Both the position numbers and the translations under genes were made by a program. The notes under the pieces were generated by a model. That model was not told where the DNA came from and ran no database searches. It was given only the letters and a program-made list of their open reading frames with translations. Positions 8,698 through 19,877 of a DNA stretch of 64,000 nt are shown piece after piece (the stretch's first letter is position 1; each line of letters opens with the position of its first letter). Source of the stretch: Nannocystis bainbridge (GTDB taxonomy: Bacteria > Myxococcota_A > Polyangia > Nannocystales > Nannocystaceae); the NCBI RefSeq assembly GCF_028368995.1, contig NZ_JAQNDL010000001.1, positions 3,008,001 to 3,072,000 on the forward strand. Reading direction: 5' to 3'.

Positions 8698-11600
8698 TTG
8701 TCGCGTGCGCCCGGCTTTGGCATCTTCGAGGGCCCCGTGCACAAGGATGCTCCGGCGGACGCCCCCGATGGCGACTCCTTCGCCGCGCAGTTCGCCGCGG
8801 CCGAGCCTCCGCGCCCGCGCGAGGCGCCCGCCGAGCACGCGCGCGCCCGCCTGGCGGCCCAGTTGTTCGGCGCCGCCTCGCCGGTCCAGCCCCTCGGGCC
8901 CTACGCCGTGCTCCGCGAGCTCGGCCACGGCGCGATGGGCGTGGTGCACGAGGGTCGCGGCCCCGGCGACCAGCAGGTCGCGCTCAAGACCCTGCGCCGG
9001 CCCGACCCCGCGGCGATCGCCCGGCTCAAGCGAGAGTTCCGCAACGTCGTCGACGTCGGCCACGCCAACCTCGTCGCCGTCTACGAGCTCGCCCTCGATC
9101 CGGCGCGCGGCGAGTGGTACATCGCCATGGAATATGTCCCCGGGGACAGCTGGCTCGCGCACCTGCGCCCCGCCGGCGGTCGCGCCCCCGAGGCCGTCAT
9201 CCGCGCTGCGCTCGCCCAGCTGTGCTCCGGCGTCTACGCGCTGCACCGCGCCGGCCTGCTGCACCGCGACCTCAAGCCGTCGAACGTGCTCGTCAGCGGC
9301 GAGGGTCGGCTCAAGATCGTCGATTTCGGGCTGGCGCAGCTGGCCGACGGCGGCTACGAGGGCCTGGCCGGGACCGCCGGCTACCTCGCACCCGAGCTGC
9401 TGGCCGGCGCCCCGCCGTCGCCCGCCAGCGACTGGTTCGCCGTCGGCGTGATGCTCTACGAGGCCCTGTCCGGCCGGCGCCCGCGCGTGCCGCCGGGGCC
9501 GACCCCGATCGACGGCGCCCCGGCCGACCTGCTCGCGCTCTGCCGCGACCTCCTGGCCGAGAACCCGGCCGCGCGCCCGAGCGGCCGCGACCTGCTGCTG
9601 CGCCTCGGCCTCGACGCCCCGCCGACGCCCTCGCCGGTGTTCGTCGGCCGCGCCGGCGAGCTCGCCACCTGCGTCCGCGCCCTCGAACGCCCCCCGGCGC
9701 TGCTCCTCCTGGTCGGCCCCTCCGGCGCCGGCAAGTCGGCCCTGCTGGCCCACCTCGCCGCCGACCTCCGCGACCGCCGCGGCGCCCTCGTCCTCCACGG
9801 CCGCTGCTACGCCGGCGAGTCCGTCCCCTACAAAGCGCTCGACGGCGTGGTCGAGGCGCTCGCCAAGCACCTCGAGACATGTCCTGAAAAACATGTCCTA
9901 TCCACCATGCCCGAAGAGTCAGCCGATCTGCGGCGCGTGTTCCCGGCGCTGCAGCGGGCGGTCGGGGCCACCGGCGGCGCCCTGGCGGCCGGCGCCGTCC
10001 CGCGCGAGACCCGGCGGCGCGCCGTCGCGGCGCTGCGGCGGCTCCTGACCGAGCTGGCGCGCGCGCGGCCGATCGTGCTGGCGATCGACGACCTCCAGTG
10101 GGGCGACGCCGACTCCGCGCGGCTGCTCGGCGAGCTGCTGGCCCCGCCCGACTCGCCGGCGATCGTCGTCGCCGCCAGCGTGCGCAGCGACGTGCGCCCC
10201 ACCTCCGCCTTCTTCGCCGAGCTCGACGCCGCCCCGCTCGCCTGCCCGATCCACGAGGTCGCGCTCGCCCCGCTGGGGCCCGCCGACGCCGAGCAGCTGG
10301 CCGCCACCATCCTGGCCGAAAGGCCAGGTCGCGGCGACGACCCCGGCCTGCGCCAGCGCCTGGCCGCCGCGATCGCCCGCGAGTCGCAGGGCAGCCCGCT
10401 GTTCATCGAGGCCATCGCCCAGCGCCGGGGCGACGCCGCCGCTGACGTCGCTACCTCGCTCGACGGCGCCCTGCAGGCCGAGGTCGCCGCGCTCGAGCCT
10501 GGCGAGCGGCACGCGCTCGAGCGCCTGGCCGTCGCCGGTCGGCCGCTGCGCCGCGACCTCGCGCTGCGGCAGGGCCCCGGCGCCGCCGCCCGCGTGCTCG
10601 ACGGCGCCGCATTGGCGGTCCTCGGCGCGCGCCGGCTGGTCCGCCCGAGCGGCGAGGGCGACAGCGTCGAGACCTACCACGACCGCGTGCGCGAGGTCGT
10701 GCTGCTCCGCCTCGGCGCCGCCGAGCGGCGGGCCCACCACCGCGTCCTCGCCCTCGCCCTCGCCGCCGCCCGCGACCCCGACCCTGACGAGCTGGTGCTC
10801 CATTTCCACGGCGCCGACGAGCGCGAGCTGGCCTGCGCCTGGGCCCTGCGCGCCGCCGAGCGGGCCGCCGCCGCCCTCGCGTTCGCCCGGGCCGCCGCCC
10901 TCTACGAGAAGGCCCTGTCCTGGGGGACATATCCCTCCGAACATGTCCTCAAGTACACTATCGCCCGCGCCGAGGCGCTCGTGCACGCCGGTCGCTGCGC
11001 CGAGGCGGCCCCCGTCTACCTCACCGCCGCCGCGCTGGCCCCGACCCGTTTGCAGGAGCTCGAGCTGCGCGGCCGCGCCGTCGAGCACTACCTCGTCTCG
11101 GGCCGCGTCGACGCCGGCCTGCGCGTGCTCGGCCCGCTGGCCCACGAGCTCGGCCTGCCGTTCCCGGCCTCCACCGCCGGCACCGTCCTGCGCCTCCTCA
11201 CCGAGCTCGCGCGCCTCGCCCTCGCCCGCCGCCGGGCCCCGCGCGAGCCGGTCGCCGCCGCCGACGTGCCCGCCGAGCTGCGCCTGCGCATCGACCTCTG
11301 CTGGTCCGCCGGCAAGGGCCTCGGCTTCATCGACCCCATCCGCGCCGCCGCGATCTCGGCCCAGGGCCTGCGCCTCGCCCTCGCCAGCGGCGAGCCGCGG
11401 CGGATCGCCCGGGCCGCCGCCTACCTCACCATCGTCGACATCAACGCCCCCGACCCGCGCCGGGCCAGCGCCGCCGCCCGCGAGCTGGCCCTCGCCCGCG
11501 GCCTCGCCACGCGCCTGTCCGATCCTCACCTCACCGGCCTCACCACCATCCTCACCGGCGTCGCCGCCCTCAACAACGGCCAGTGGCAGCGCGCCCTCGC

Positions 11601-12408
11601 CGGCGTCGAGGCCGGCGCCGACCTCCTGCGCGCCCGCTGCGTCGGCGTCCACTGGGAGCGGGCCATCGCCCACGCCATGGCGATGCACGCCCTCCTCATG
11701 CTCGGCGATTTCGCCGGCCTGCGCGCCCGCGCCGAGACCTGGCAGCACGAGGCCGAGGACATCGGCGACCGCTTCGCCCTCGTCGTCGCCATCCTCTACA
11801 CCGCCCACGCCGCCCTGGCCGCCGGCGAGCCCGAGCGCGCCCGCGCGGCTGTCCGCAAGGCCCTGTCCTTGTGGACATACGACGGCTTCTCGTTCCAGCA
11901 CTGGATCGCGCTCGGGATCGAGGTCGGCTGCGACCTCCACGACGGCCGCGGCCGCGACGCCTGGGCCCGGGTCGAGCGGGCCTGGCCGGCGCTGGTGCGC
12001 TCGCAGCTGATGCGCATGCAGATCCCCCGCATCGACGCCCGCCGCCTGCGCGCCTGCGCGGCCCTGGCCGCCGCGCGGGCCGGCCAGCCCCACCTGGTGC
12101 GCTTCGCCGCCGCCGACGCCGACGCCCTAGCCCGCGAGCGCATCGAGCTGGCCCACGCCAGCGAAGACCTCATCCGCTCCCAGCTCGCGGCCCTCGACGG
12201 GCGCCCCGCCGACGCCCTGCTGCGACGCGCCGCCGACCGCTTCGGCGCCGGCCACATGCCGGCCCTCGCCGCGGCCGTGCGCCACGGCGAGGCTCGCCTC
12301 GCCGGCCGCGACACTTTTGATGCCGAGCTCGCGCTGGGTCGCTGCGAGATCCGCGACCCGGCCCGCTGGGCCGCGACGGTCGCACCTGCCCTCTACGACA
12401 TGTTCTGA
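8698..12408 (+). CDS. Ser/Thr protein kinase fused to a STAND/AAA ATPase and a helical (TPR-like) region
   Basis: LGHGAMG, VALK, HRDLKPSN, DFG, APE; GPSGAGKS Walker A; IDDLQWGD Walker B. Confidence 0.92.
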   Translation: MSRAPGFGIFEGPVHKDAPADAPDGDSFAAQFAAAEPPRPREAPAEHARARLAAQLFGAASPVQPLGPYAVLRELGHGAMGVVHEGRGPGDQQVALKTLRRPDPAAIARLKREFRNVVDVGHANLVAVYELALDPARGEWYIAMEYVPGDSWLAHLRPAGGRAPEAVIRAALAQLCSGVYALHRAGLLHRDLKPSNVLVSGEGRLKIVDFGLAQLADGGYEGLAGTAGYLAPELLAGAPPSPASDWFAVGVMLYEALSGRRPRVPPGPTPIDGAPADLLALCRDLLAENPAARPSGRDLLLRLGLDAPPTPSPVFVGRAGELATCVRALERPPALLLLVGPSGAGKSALLAHLAADLRDRRGALVLHGRCYAGESVPYKALDGVVEALAKHLETCPEKHVLSTMPEESADLRRVFPALQRAVGATGGALAAGAVPRETRRRAVAALRRLLTELARARPIVLAIDDLQWGDADSARLLGELLAPPDSPAIVVAASVRSDVRPTSAFFAELDAAPLACPIHEVALAPLGPADAEQLAATILAERPGRGDDPGLRQRLAAAIARESQGSPLFIEAIAQRRGDAAADVATSLDGALQAEVAALEPGERHALERLAVAGRPLRRDLALRQGPGAAARVLDGAALAVLGARRLVRPSGEGDSVETYHDRVREVVLLRLGAAERRAHHRVLALALAAARDPDPDELVLHFHGADERELACAWALRAAERAAAALAFARAAALYEKALSWGTYPSEHVLKYTIARAEALVHAGRCAEAAPVYLTAAALAPTRLQELELRGRAVEHYLVSGRVDAGLRVLGPLAHELGLPFPASTAGTVLRLLTELARLALARRRAPREPVAAADVPAELRLRIDLCWSAGKGLGFIDPIRAAAISAQGLRLALASGEPRRIARAAAYLTIVDINAPDPRRASAAARELALARGLATRLSDPHLTGLTTILTGVAALNNGQWQRALAGVEAGADLLRARCVGVHWERAIAHAMAMHALLMLGDFAGLRARAETWQHEAEDIGDRFALVVAILYTAHAALAAGEPERARAAVRKALSLWTYDGFSFQHWIALGIEVGCDLHDGRGRDAWARVERAWPALVRSQLMRMQIPRIDARRLRACAALAAARAGQPHLVRFAAADADALARERIELAHASEDLIRSQLAALDGRPADALLRRAADRFGAGHMPALAAAVRHGEARLAGRDTFDAELALGRCEIRDPARWAATVAPALYDMF

Positions 12409-12447
12409 AGAACATTTCTTCAGAGACATGTCTACTTGAACATGTCT
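12382..12447. repeat. 14-bp-period decamer array (5 units) overlapping the kinase stop codon
   Basis: Units at 12382, 12396, 12410, 12424, 12438. Confidence 0.85.
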
Positions 12448-12523
12448 CGAAGTATCTCGGGCCGCACGCGGCCGTGACCGCGTCGCCCCGGGCTGAGCCA
12501 ATCTCGTCGACGACGCTCGTGCA

Positions 12524-12743
12524 GCGCCGCGTCGACCGACGCGCGGACCGGGACGCGCTCCAGAGCTCGGCACGCGACCGTCACCGCGTCGCCGAGCTAC
12601 CGCTCGCATCGAAGCTCGAGGCTGCGGGTGTCGACGAAGCTGCGCCGCGTCGACCGACGCGCTGACAGAGCCGTGCTCCAGAGCTCGGCACGCGACCGTC
12701 ACCGAGCTAACCGCTCGCATCGAAGCTCGCGCTGCGTCGACCG
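12524..12743. repeat. Imperfect intergenic direct repeat, about 118-bp period
   Basis: gcgccgcgtcgaccgacgcgc...gctccagagctcggcacgcgaccgtcaccg...ccgctcgcatcgaagctcg starting at 12524 and 12642. Confidence 0.75.
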
Positions 12744-12904
12744 ATGCGCGAGCCGGCCGCCGTCGCAACCTCGGCGACTCGGACCATCCTCCATCTGCAG
12801 GCGGGCCCCTCACGGGCATCGACACGCTGTCTCGCCGATCGAGGTCGCGTGACCCCGACCAGCCCTCGCCACCTGTCCCTTGGGACCTGTCCTCTCGCTA
12901 TCCC

Positions 12905-13525
12905 TCAGTCCGCATTCGGCAGCGCAGCGACCCACCGGTCGAGGTCGAGGTCGACCTCCGGCAGCCCTGCGAGCGCGTCGCCCGCGGCGAGCTCCGCCAT
13001 GTGCCGACGCAGCTGCGCCTTGGCGCCCTGCAGCTTGCCCTTGACCGAGCCCAGGCTGACCCCGAGCGCCGCTGCCAGCTCGCTGTGGCTCATGTGCTCC
13101 CAGTAGTGGAGCTCGAGCAAGATCTGCAGGTCGAGTGGGATCCGCCGCAGCGCCGCCGCCAGCAGCCGCGCCGCCACGGCCTCGTCGACCAGCCTGCTGG
13201 GGCTCGGCCCGAGGTCTTCGAGTGACGTGTGGACCGCGTCGAAGCGCTCGTGCACGTGCTTGCGGTAGTGGGCGTAGAGGATGTTGCGCGCGGTGCCGAA
13301 GAGATACGCCCGCACGCTCGTGATCGACTCGCTGGCGATCCGGTCGCGGCCCTCGACGCACGCCAGCATCGTCTGCTGGATCAGGTCCTCGACGTCGCGC
13401 GACACCTTGCCGGCGAAGAAGCGGTAAAGGCCGTCGAAGTGGCGTTCGAACAATGCATTGCCGGCCGCGAGGTCCCCCTCTCGCCACCGCCTCAGCAGTT
13501 CGCGCTCGTCGTCCACCGCACGCAT
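12905..13525 (-). CDS. ECF RNA polymerase sigma factor
   Basis: Region 2 (LLRRWREGDLAAGNALFERH...VEDLIQQT...YLFGTARN) and region 4 (LELHYWEHMSHSELAAALGVSLGSVKGKL). Confidence 0.92.
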   Translation of the reverse strand: MRAVDDERELLRRWREGDLAAGNALFERHFDGLYRFFAGKVSRDVEDLIQQTMLACVEGRDRIASESITSVRAYLFGTARNILYAHYRKHVHERFDAVHTSLEDLGPSPSRLVDEAVAARLLAAALRRIPLDLQILLELHYWEHMSHSELAAALGVSLGSVKGKLQGAKAQLRRHMAELAAGDALAGLPEVDLDLDRWVAALPNAD

Positions 13526-13768
13526 CGTAGCCGCGTCGCCGACCCGCGTGCCACATCCGAGGAGCCTGCAGGCGCAGGCGCGCAGAGCCCCCTGCTCGCG
13601 CACTGACCTGGCCGGAAGGCCAGGTGCGAAAGGCCTCGCGGGAAACCCGCTAGAGCTCGCTTCGCTGCGGATGTCCGCGCCGTTCTGCCGCGTGAACGCG
13701 ATTATTTGCAGAAAGACAGATCACCGAGCGCGTGGCCATCACTACCTATGTAAACGACAGGACGGCCC

Positions 13769-13996
13769 ATGCCCCCCACCAAGCCCCCGCGAACCTTTGC
13801 AGACGCCACACCTCCGCGCGAGGTGTCTGCACCGGAGCTGTCGTCACGGACCTCGCCACCCCCCGAGGTCGACCCTCTGCGCCAGCTCTTCCGTCGTCAC
13901 GCGAATCACTTTTCTGCCGTCCGCGCCCGGCAGATCCAGCACCGCCTGCGCGACCGCCTCTTCCGCGAAATTCCGGGCGACCCCGAGACCCCCTGA
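13769..13996 (+). CDS. Small hypothetical protein (75 aa), divergent from the ECF sigma gene
   Basis: GGA-containing RBS-like sequence upstream; amphipathic C-terminal half (DPLRQLFRRH...RLRDRLF). Confidence 0.4.
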   Translation: MPPTKPPRTFADATPPREVSAPELSSRTSPPPEVDPLRQLFRRHANHFSAVRARQIQHRLRDRLFREIPGDPETP

Positions 13997-14171
13997 GCAC
14001 GCCCCGAAGGCCGCGTCTGCGAGAAATCCCCCGCCGCAGCGCTCGTGTTCCCGGTCGTCGAAGTCGTGCGACTTCCGGTCGCGCTCACGATGCCACGCGC
14101 CGATATTTCTCCGTGACGCACCGGTGAGGCCTTCACGCCGCACGTCGCGAGCACGACGCGTTATCGCCGAG

Positions 14172-14313
14172 GCGCGCGCCTCAGCGCTGGCGGTCGCGGG
14201 CCGCCGTCGAAGTCGGCGGTCACGCGCCGCCGACACTCTCATGCTCACCTCGCGAGCAACGCGTCGCGCTCGCGCGAGCACGACGCGTTTGCGTCACCGC
14301 CGAAGCGCGCGCC

Positions 14314-14340
<27 letters not shown>
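14172..14340. repeat. 36-bp perfect direct repeat duplicating the 3' end of the KamA-family gene
   Basis: gcgcgcgcctcagcgctggcggtcgcgggccgccgt at 14172-14207 and 14305-14340. Confidence 0.85.
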
Positions 14341-15735
<1,395 letters not shown>

Positions 15736-15895
15736 AGCGGACAAGGTGTAGTCGAAAACCCCGCGCGCCGGCACAGAGGCGCGGATCTTCGCCGCAATCG
15801 CGCCCAACTCGCGGGCTCCGCTGCGAACCTCGCCACGCGCGAGGGGCCCGCACACCTGTCCACGAAGCGCAACGGCGCACACGCCGGGATCTACC

Positions 15896-17644
15896 TCACG
15901 AGTGCGCTGCGTGCGGAGAATCAGCAGCCTCTGCGCAAACACGCGGGCCGATGAAATCGACCTGCAGCCCACCTCCGGGCGGACTCTCGAACACCAGCCC
16001 TATGCCGTGCAGCGCGGCGACGCGGGCCGCGATGTGCAGCCCGAGCCCCTGCCCGTCGGGCGCCCGCGTGCGCGCGGCGTCGCTGCGAAACCCTCGCTCG
16101 ACCAGCCGCGTCAGCTCGTCCGCCGCCACGCCCGGGCCGTCGTCGACCACGCGCAAGCGGAACCTGTCACCGCCGACACGATCGAGCAGCACCGCCACGT
16201 GCCCGCCCGCGCGGTTGTGACGGATCGCGTTGTAGACGACGTTGCTCACCGCCTGCTCGAGCAATGTGACATCGCCTTCGACGTGCAGCGGCGACTCCGG
16301 CACCGCGCCGTCGAGCTCGACCTGCAGCCGCCGCGCGATCGGCCGGTGACGCGCCAGCACCCGCTCCACCAGCACGTCCATCGCCACCGGCTCGCGGTGC
16401 AGCCGCGGCGCGTCGGCGTCGATCTTGGCCATCACCGCCAGGTTGTGCACGATCGCCGCGATGTAGTGCGCCTCGCCCATCGCCGCCACCACAGCCGCGC
16501 GATCGATCGCCGCGCCCGCGCTCGCATTTTCGTTCAGCTCGCTGAGGTGGCCCTGCAGCACCGTCAGGGGGATCATCACGTCGTGCGTGGTGTTGGCCAG
16601 GAACTCGCGCAGCGCCGCCTCGCGGCGATCCTTTGCCGTCAGCTGGGCCCGCACCTCGCGGCCCGCGGCCTCGAAGGCGCGCGCGAGCTCACCGACCTCG
16701 TCGCTGCCGTCGATCGGCACCGCGCTCGCGTAGCCGGCCGACGCCGAGCGCCGCACCGCCTCGGTGAGCCGGCGGATCCGCCCGACGATCGGCCCCATCG
16801 CCAGCAGCACCGCGGCGAACAGCGCCACCAGCGGCGCCAGCCAGATCCGCGTCGGCGGCAGCACCGCGCCCAGCCAGCCCGGCACCGTGCTGCCCTGCGC
16901 CAGCACCCGCGCGCACGGCCCCGCCTCCCACGGCATGCGCACCAGCACCTCGACCTCCGCGCTCCACCACGACCGCGCCCACGAACGCGGCCACGTCGCG
17001 ACCTCCGGCGTCGCGACCTCCGGCGTCGCGACCTCCGAAATCGCGACCTCCGAAGTCGCGACCTCCGAGGTCGCGATCGCCTGCGCCAGCGGCTCCGCGA
17101 TCGCCGGCGCCGCCGGGTTGGCCGACCGCAGCGCCGCGTCATAAGCGAACAGCACCGCCGGCCGCCCCCGCGGCCGCCCATCGTCGAGCGGCGGCCCCAT
17201 CTTCGCCTCGCGACCTCGCGAGTCACTCGCCTCCGACTCACGACCTCGCGAGTCACTCGCCTCCGACTCACGACCTCGCGAGTCACTCGCCTCCGACTCA
17301 CGACCTCGCAAGTCACTCGCCCCCGACTCACGACCTCGCAAGTCACTCGCCCCCGCCGCACCCGACTCACGGCCGCGCGAATCACTCGCCGCGCGCCCTC
17401 GCGTTTCACTCGCCTCGCCCGCACCCGGCGGCCCGCGCCCTGGCCCCATCTCGCCGCCCCAGCGGCTCGGATCGGCCTCGCAGCGCTCGCGCCCGCCGGG
17501 CTCTTGCATGCGCGCCAGCGCGAAGCCGGCCAGCGCCTCCTCGGCCGCGCGGTGGCGGGCCACCGCGTCGAACAGCACCAGCACCACGATCATCGGGATC
17601 GTCACCGCGATCGTCGTCAGCGCCAGGCGCAATCGCAGCTTCAT
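15896..17644 (-). CDS. Sensor histidine kinase (HAMP-HisKA-HATPase)
   Basis: Two TM segments, [23 protein letters not shown]-box, NAIRHN, DDGPG, GLGL. Confidence 0.9.
   Translation of the reverse strand: MKLRLRLALTTIAVTIPMIVVLVLFDAVARHRAAEEALAGFALARMQEPGGRERCEADPSRWGGEMGPGRGPPGAGEASETRGRAASDSRGRESGAAGASDLRGRESGASDLRGRESEASDSRGRESEASDSRGRESEASDSRGREAKMGPPLDDGRPRGRPAVLFAYDAALRSANPAAPAIAEPLAQAIATSEVATSEVAISEVATPEVATPEVATWPRSWARSWWSAEVEVLVRMPWEAGPCARVLAQGSTVPGWLGAVLPPTRIWLAPLVALFAAVLLAMGPIVGRIRRLTEAVRRSASAGYASAVPIDGSDEVGELARAFEAAGREVRAQLTAKDRREAALREFLANTTHDVMIPLTVLQGHLSELNENASAGAAIDRAAVVAAMGEAHYIAAIVHNLAVMAKIDADAPRLHREPVAMDVLVERVLARHRPIARRLQVELDGAVPESPLHVEGDVTLLEQAVSNVVYNAIRHNRAGGHVAVLLDRVGGDRFRLRVVDDGPGVAADELTRLVERGFRSDAARTRAPDGQGLGLHIAARVAALHGIGLVFESPPGGGLQVDFIGPRVCAEAADSPHAAHS
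16995..17075. repeat. In-frame 15-bp tandem repeat encoding VAT(S/P)E
   Basis: About five tcgcgacctccg-based units inside the histidine kinase gene. Confidence 0.85.
17211..17417. repeat. In-frame 30-bp tandem repeat encoding [10 protein letters not shown]
   Basis: cgacctcgcgagtcactcgcctccgactca at 17211, 17241, 17271, variants at 17301 and 17331, then degenerate copies. Confidence 0.9.
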
Positions 17645-18312
17645 GCGGCTGGCTCCGCGCGCAGGCGATAGCCGATGCCCCACACCGTCTCGATGCACTC
17701 CTCCGGCGCCAGCTTCTTGCGCAGCCGCGACGCGTGGACGTCGAGCGTGCGCTCGCTGCCCTCGCGCTCGGGCCCCAGCACCTGCTCCGCAAGCCACGCC
17801 CGCGTCACCGCCGCTCCCGGACGGCGGGCCAGCGCCGCCAGAAAATCGAACTCGACCCGCGTCAGCTCGACCGCCCGCCCGCGCACCTGCACCGCTCGCC
17901 GCGCCCGATCGATCGTCAGCGCCCCGATCGTCAGCGCATCGTCGCGCTGCAGCGTCGGCCGGCGCAGCCGCGCCCGCACCCGCTCGACCAGTTCCTCCGG
18001 CCAGAACGGCTTCGTCATGTAGTCGTCGGCCCCGAGCTTGAGCGCGCCGACCTTGTCCATCGTGTCGGCGCGGGCGCTCAGCACCAGCACCGGCACGTCG
18101 GCGCGGGCCCGCAGGTCGCGGAGGATGTCGAGCCCGTGGGCCCCCGGCAGCATCAGATCGAGGATCACCAGCGACAGCCCGGCCGCGTCCTCCGGCGCGA
18201 TCGTCTTGCCCTCCGTCCACCACGTCGGGTCGAAGCCCGCGCGGCGCAGGTGCAGCACGATCTGCCGCCCCAGCTCGCGGTCGTCCTCGATGACCAGCAC
18301 GCGCTCCGCCAC
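17641..18312 (-). CDS. OmpR-family response regulator
   Basis: [25 protein letters not shown], wHTH ending ETVWGIGY; overlaps the kinase start. Confidence 0.95.
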   Translation of the reverse strand: MAERVLVIEDDRELGRQIVLHLRRAGFDPTWWTEGKTIAPEDAAGLSLVILDLMLPGAHGLDILRDLRARADVPVLVLSARADTMDKVGALKLGADDYMTKPFWPEELVERVRARLRRPTLQRDDALTIGALTIDRARRAVQVRGRAVELTRVEFDFLAALARRPGAAVTRAWLAEQVLGPEREGSERTLDVHASRLRKKLAPEECIETVWGIGYRLRAEPAA

Positions 18313-18456
18313 GCGTCAGTGATTCTCGATCCGCCCGCCCCGCGCAACGCCGCCCCACGTGAGCCGCCTGCACGACGCCGCTTGGGGTTCGCCCGCGACC
18401 TGCAACATTTGCTTAAGATCCCTCGCCTATCCTTTGCGACGAGGGGGAGCAACACC

Positions 18457-19458
18457 ATGAAAGCGCATTCCATCAATCGACGGCCCACGCGGCGCGAATT
18501 CGCGCTCGGCGCTCTCGGCGGCGCCGCGGCCACCGTCCTGGTCGCCTGCGGCGACTCGAGCAGCGGCGACACCGACACCACCACCGGCACCACCGGCGAC
18601 GACACCACCGGCACCACCGGCACCACCGGCACCACCGACCCGACCTCGACCTCGACCCCGACCACCGGCACCACGGACGACACCACCGGCGACACCACCG
18701 GCACCGCGTGCGGCGAGGCCACCGCGTGGGCCACCGGCGGCACCGCGGCGATGACGATGAAGCACTGCTACCCCGACCCGTTCGCCGGTGGCGTCAAAGA
18801 GTGCGTGCTGATGTGCGAGACGACCCAGGGTCCGTGCACGGCCGACACGATCGAGCGCCAGGACGTGAGCGAGGGCTTCGCCGGCCTGCCGGTCCGCCTC
18901 GCGCTGCTGCTGGTGACGGCCGAGACGTGCGAGCCGATCGCCGACGCGAAGGTGGAGATCTGGCACACCCAGCGCACGGGCGTGTACTCGGGCGTGACGC
19001 CGAGCGGGGCGTTCTGCTACGGCGACGATCCCGACGCCGTGAACTACCTGTATTTCCGCGGCACGCAGACGACCGGGAGCGACGGCCGCGTCGACTTCGA
19101 TACCTGCTTCCCGGGCTGGTACAACGGCCGCGCGGTCCACATCCATTTCCGCGTGTACCTGGCCGCCGAGCTTTACATCACCTCGCAGCTGTTCTTCGGC
19201 GACGACCTCAACGCCGAGATCTTCGCCGACCACCCCGAGTACAGCGAGTTCGGCCAGCCCGACACCACCAACACCTCGGACAACATCATCGGCGGCGAGG
19301 ACGACAAGACCAATTATCTGTGCACCGTCGCCCGCATGCCCGACGGCGCCATGCTCGCGTCGAAGGTGATCGCCATCCGCTCGTCGCTCGACCAGGCCAC
19401 CTGCCAGACCCAGGGCGGCGGCATGGGCGGCATGATGCCGCCGCCGCCGATGCCTTGA
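18457..19458 (+). CDS. Intradiol ring-cleavage dioxygenase-like Tat lipoprotein
   Basis: TRREF Tat motif, LVAC lipobox, [29 protein letters not shown]. Confidence 0.85.
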   Translation: MKAHSINRRPTRREFALGALGGAAATVLVACGDSSSGDTDTTTGTTGDDTTGTTGTTGTTDPTSTSTPTTGTTDDTTGDTTGTACGEATAWATGGTAAMTMKHCYPDPFAGGVKECVLMCETTQGPCTADTIERQDVSEGFAGLPVRLALLLVTAETCEPIADAKVEIWHTQRTGVYSGVTPSGAFCYGDDPDAVNYLYFRGTQTTGSDGRVDFDTCFPGWYNGRAVHIHFRVYLAAELYITSQLFFGDDLNAEIFADHPEYSEFGQPDTTNTSDNIIGGEDDKTNYLCTVARMPDGAMLASKVIAIRSSLDQATCQTQGGGMGGMMPPPPMP

Positions 19459-19519
19459 GCGCGCGGTGATTTCGCCGAGCCGCGAGGGCACGCGCTGGCG
19501 AGGTCGACGCGAGCACGAG

Positions 19520-19735
19520 CTCGCGACCTCGCCACCTCGCAGCTGACGCGCTCACGCTCTCGTGCGCTGCGAGAGCACGACCTCGCAACCTCGCGAAGTC
19601 ACCTCGCAACCCCGCGAAGTCACAGCCCTCGCCACCTCGCAGCCTCGACGCGCTCACGCTCTCGTGCGCTGCGAGATCACGCCCTCGCAACCCCGCGAAG
19701 TCACGGCCCGCGACCCTCGCCGAGATCACGGCCTC
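19520..19735. repeat. Intergenic composite direct repeats
   Basis: gacgcgctcacgctctcgtgcgctgcgaga twice and cctcgcaacc(t/c)cgcgaagtcac three times. Confidence 0.75.
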
Positions 19736-19877
19736 GCCGGTCTTGCGAGATCGCTACCTCGCCCGACGCGCAGTCCCTCCGCTCGCCCCAGCGCGATCGC
19801 CGACCCGCCCGCCTCCGCCGCCTCGCGGGCGCGTGCGCCGTCGAAGCTCGCGGCCGCTCGCGCTACACTGCCGGCTC

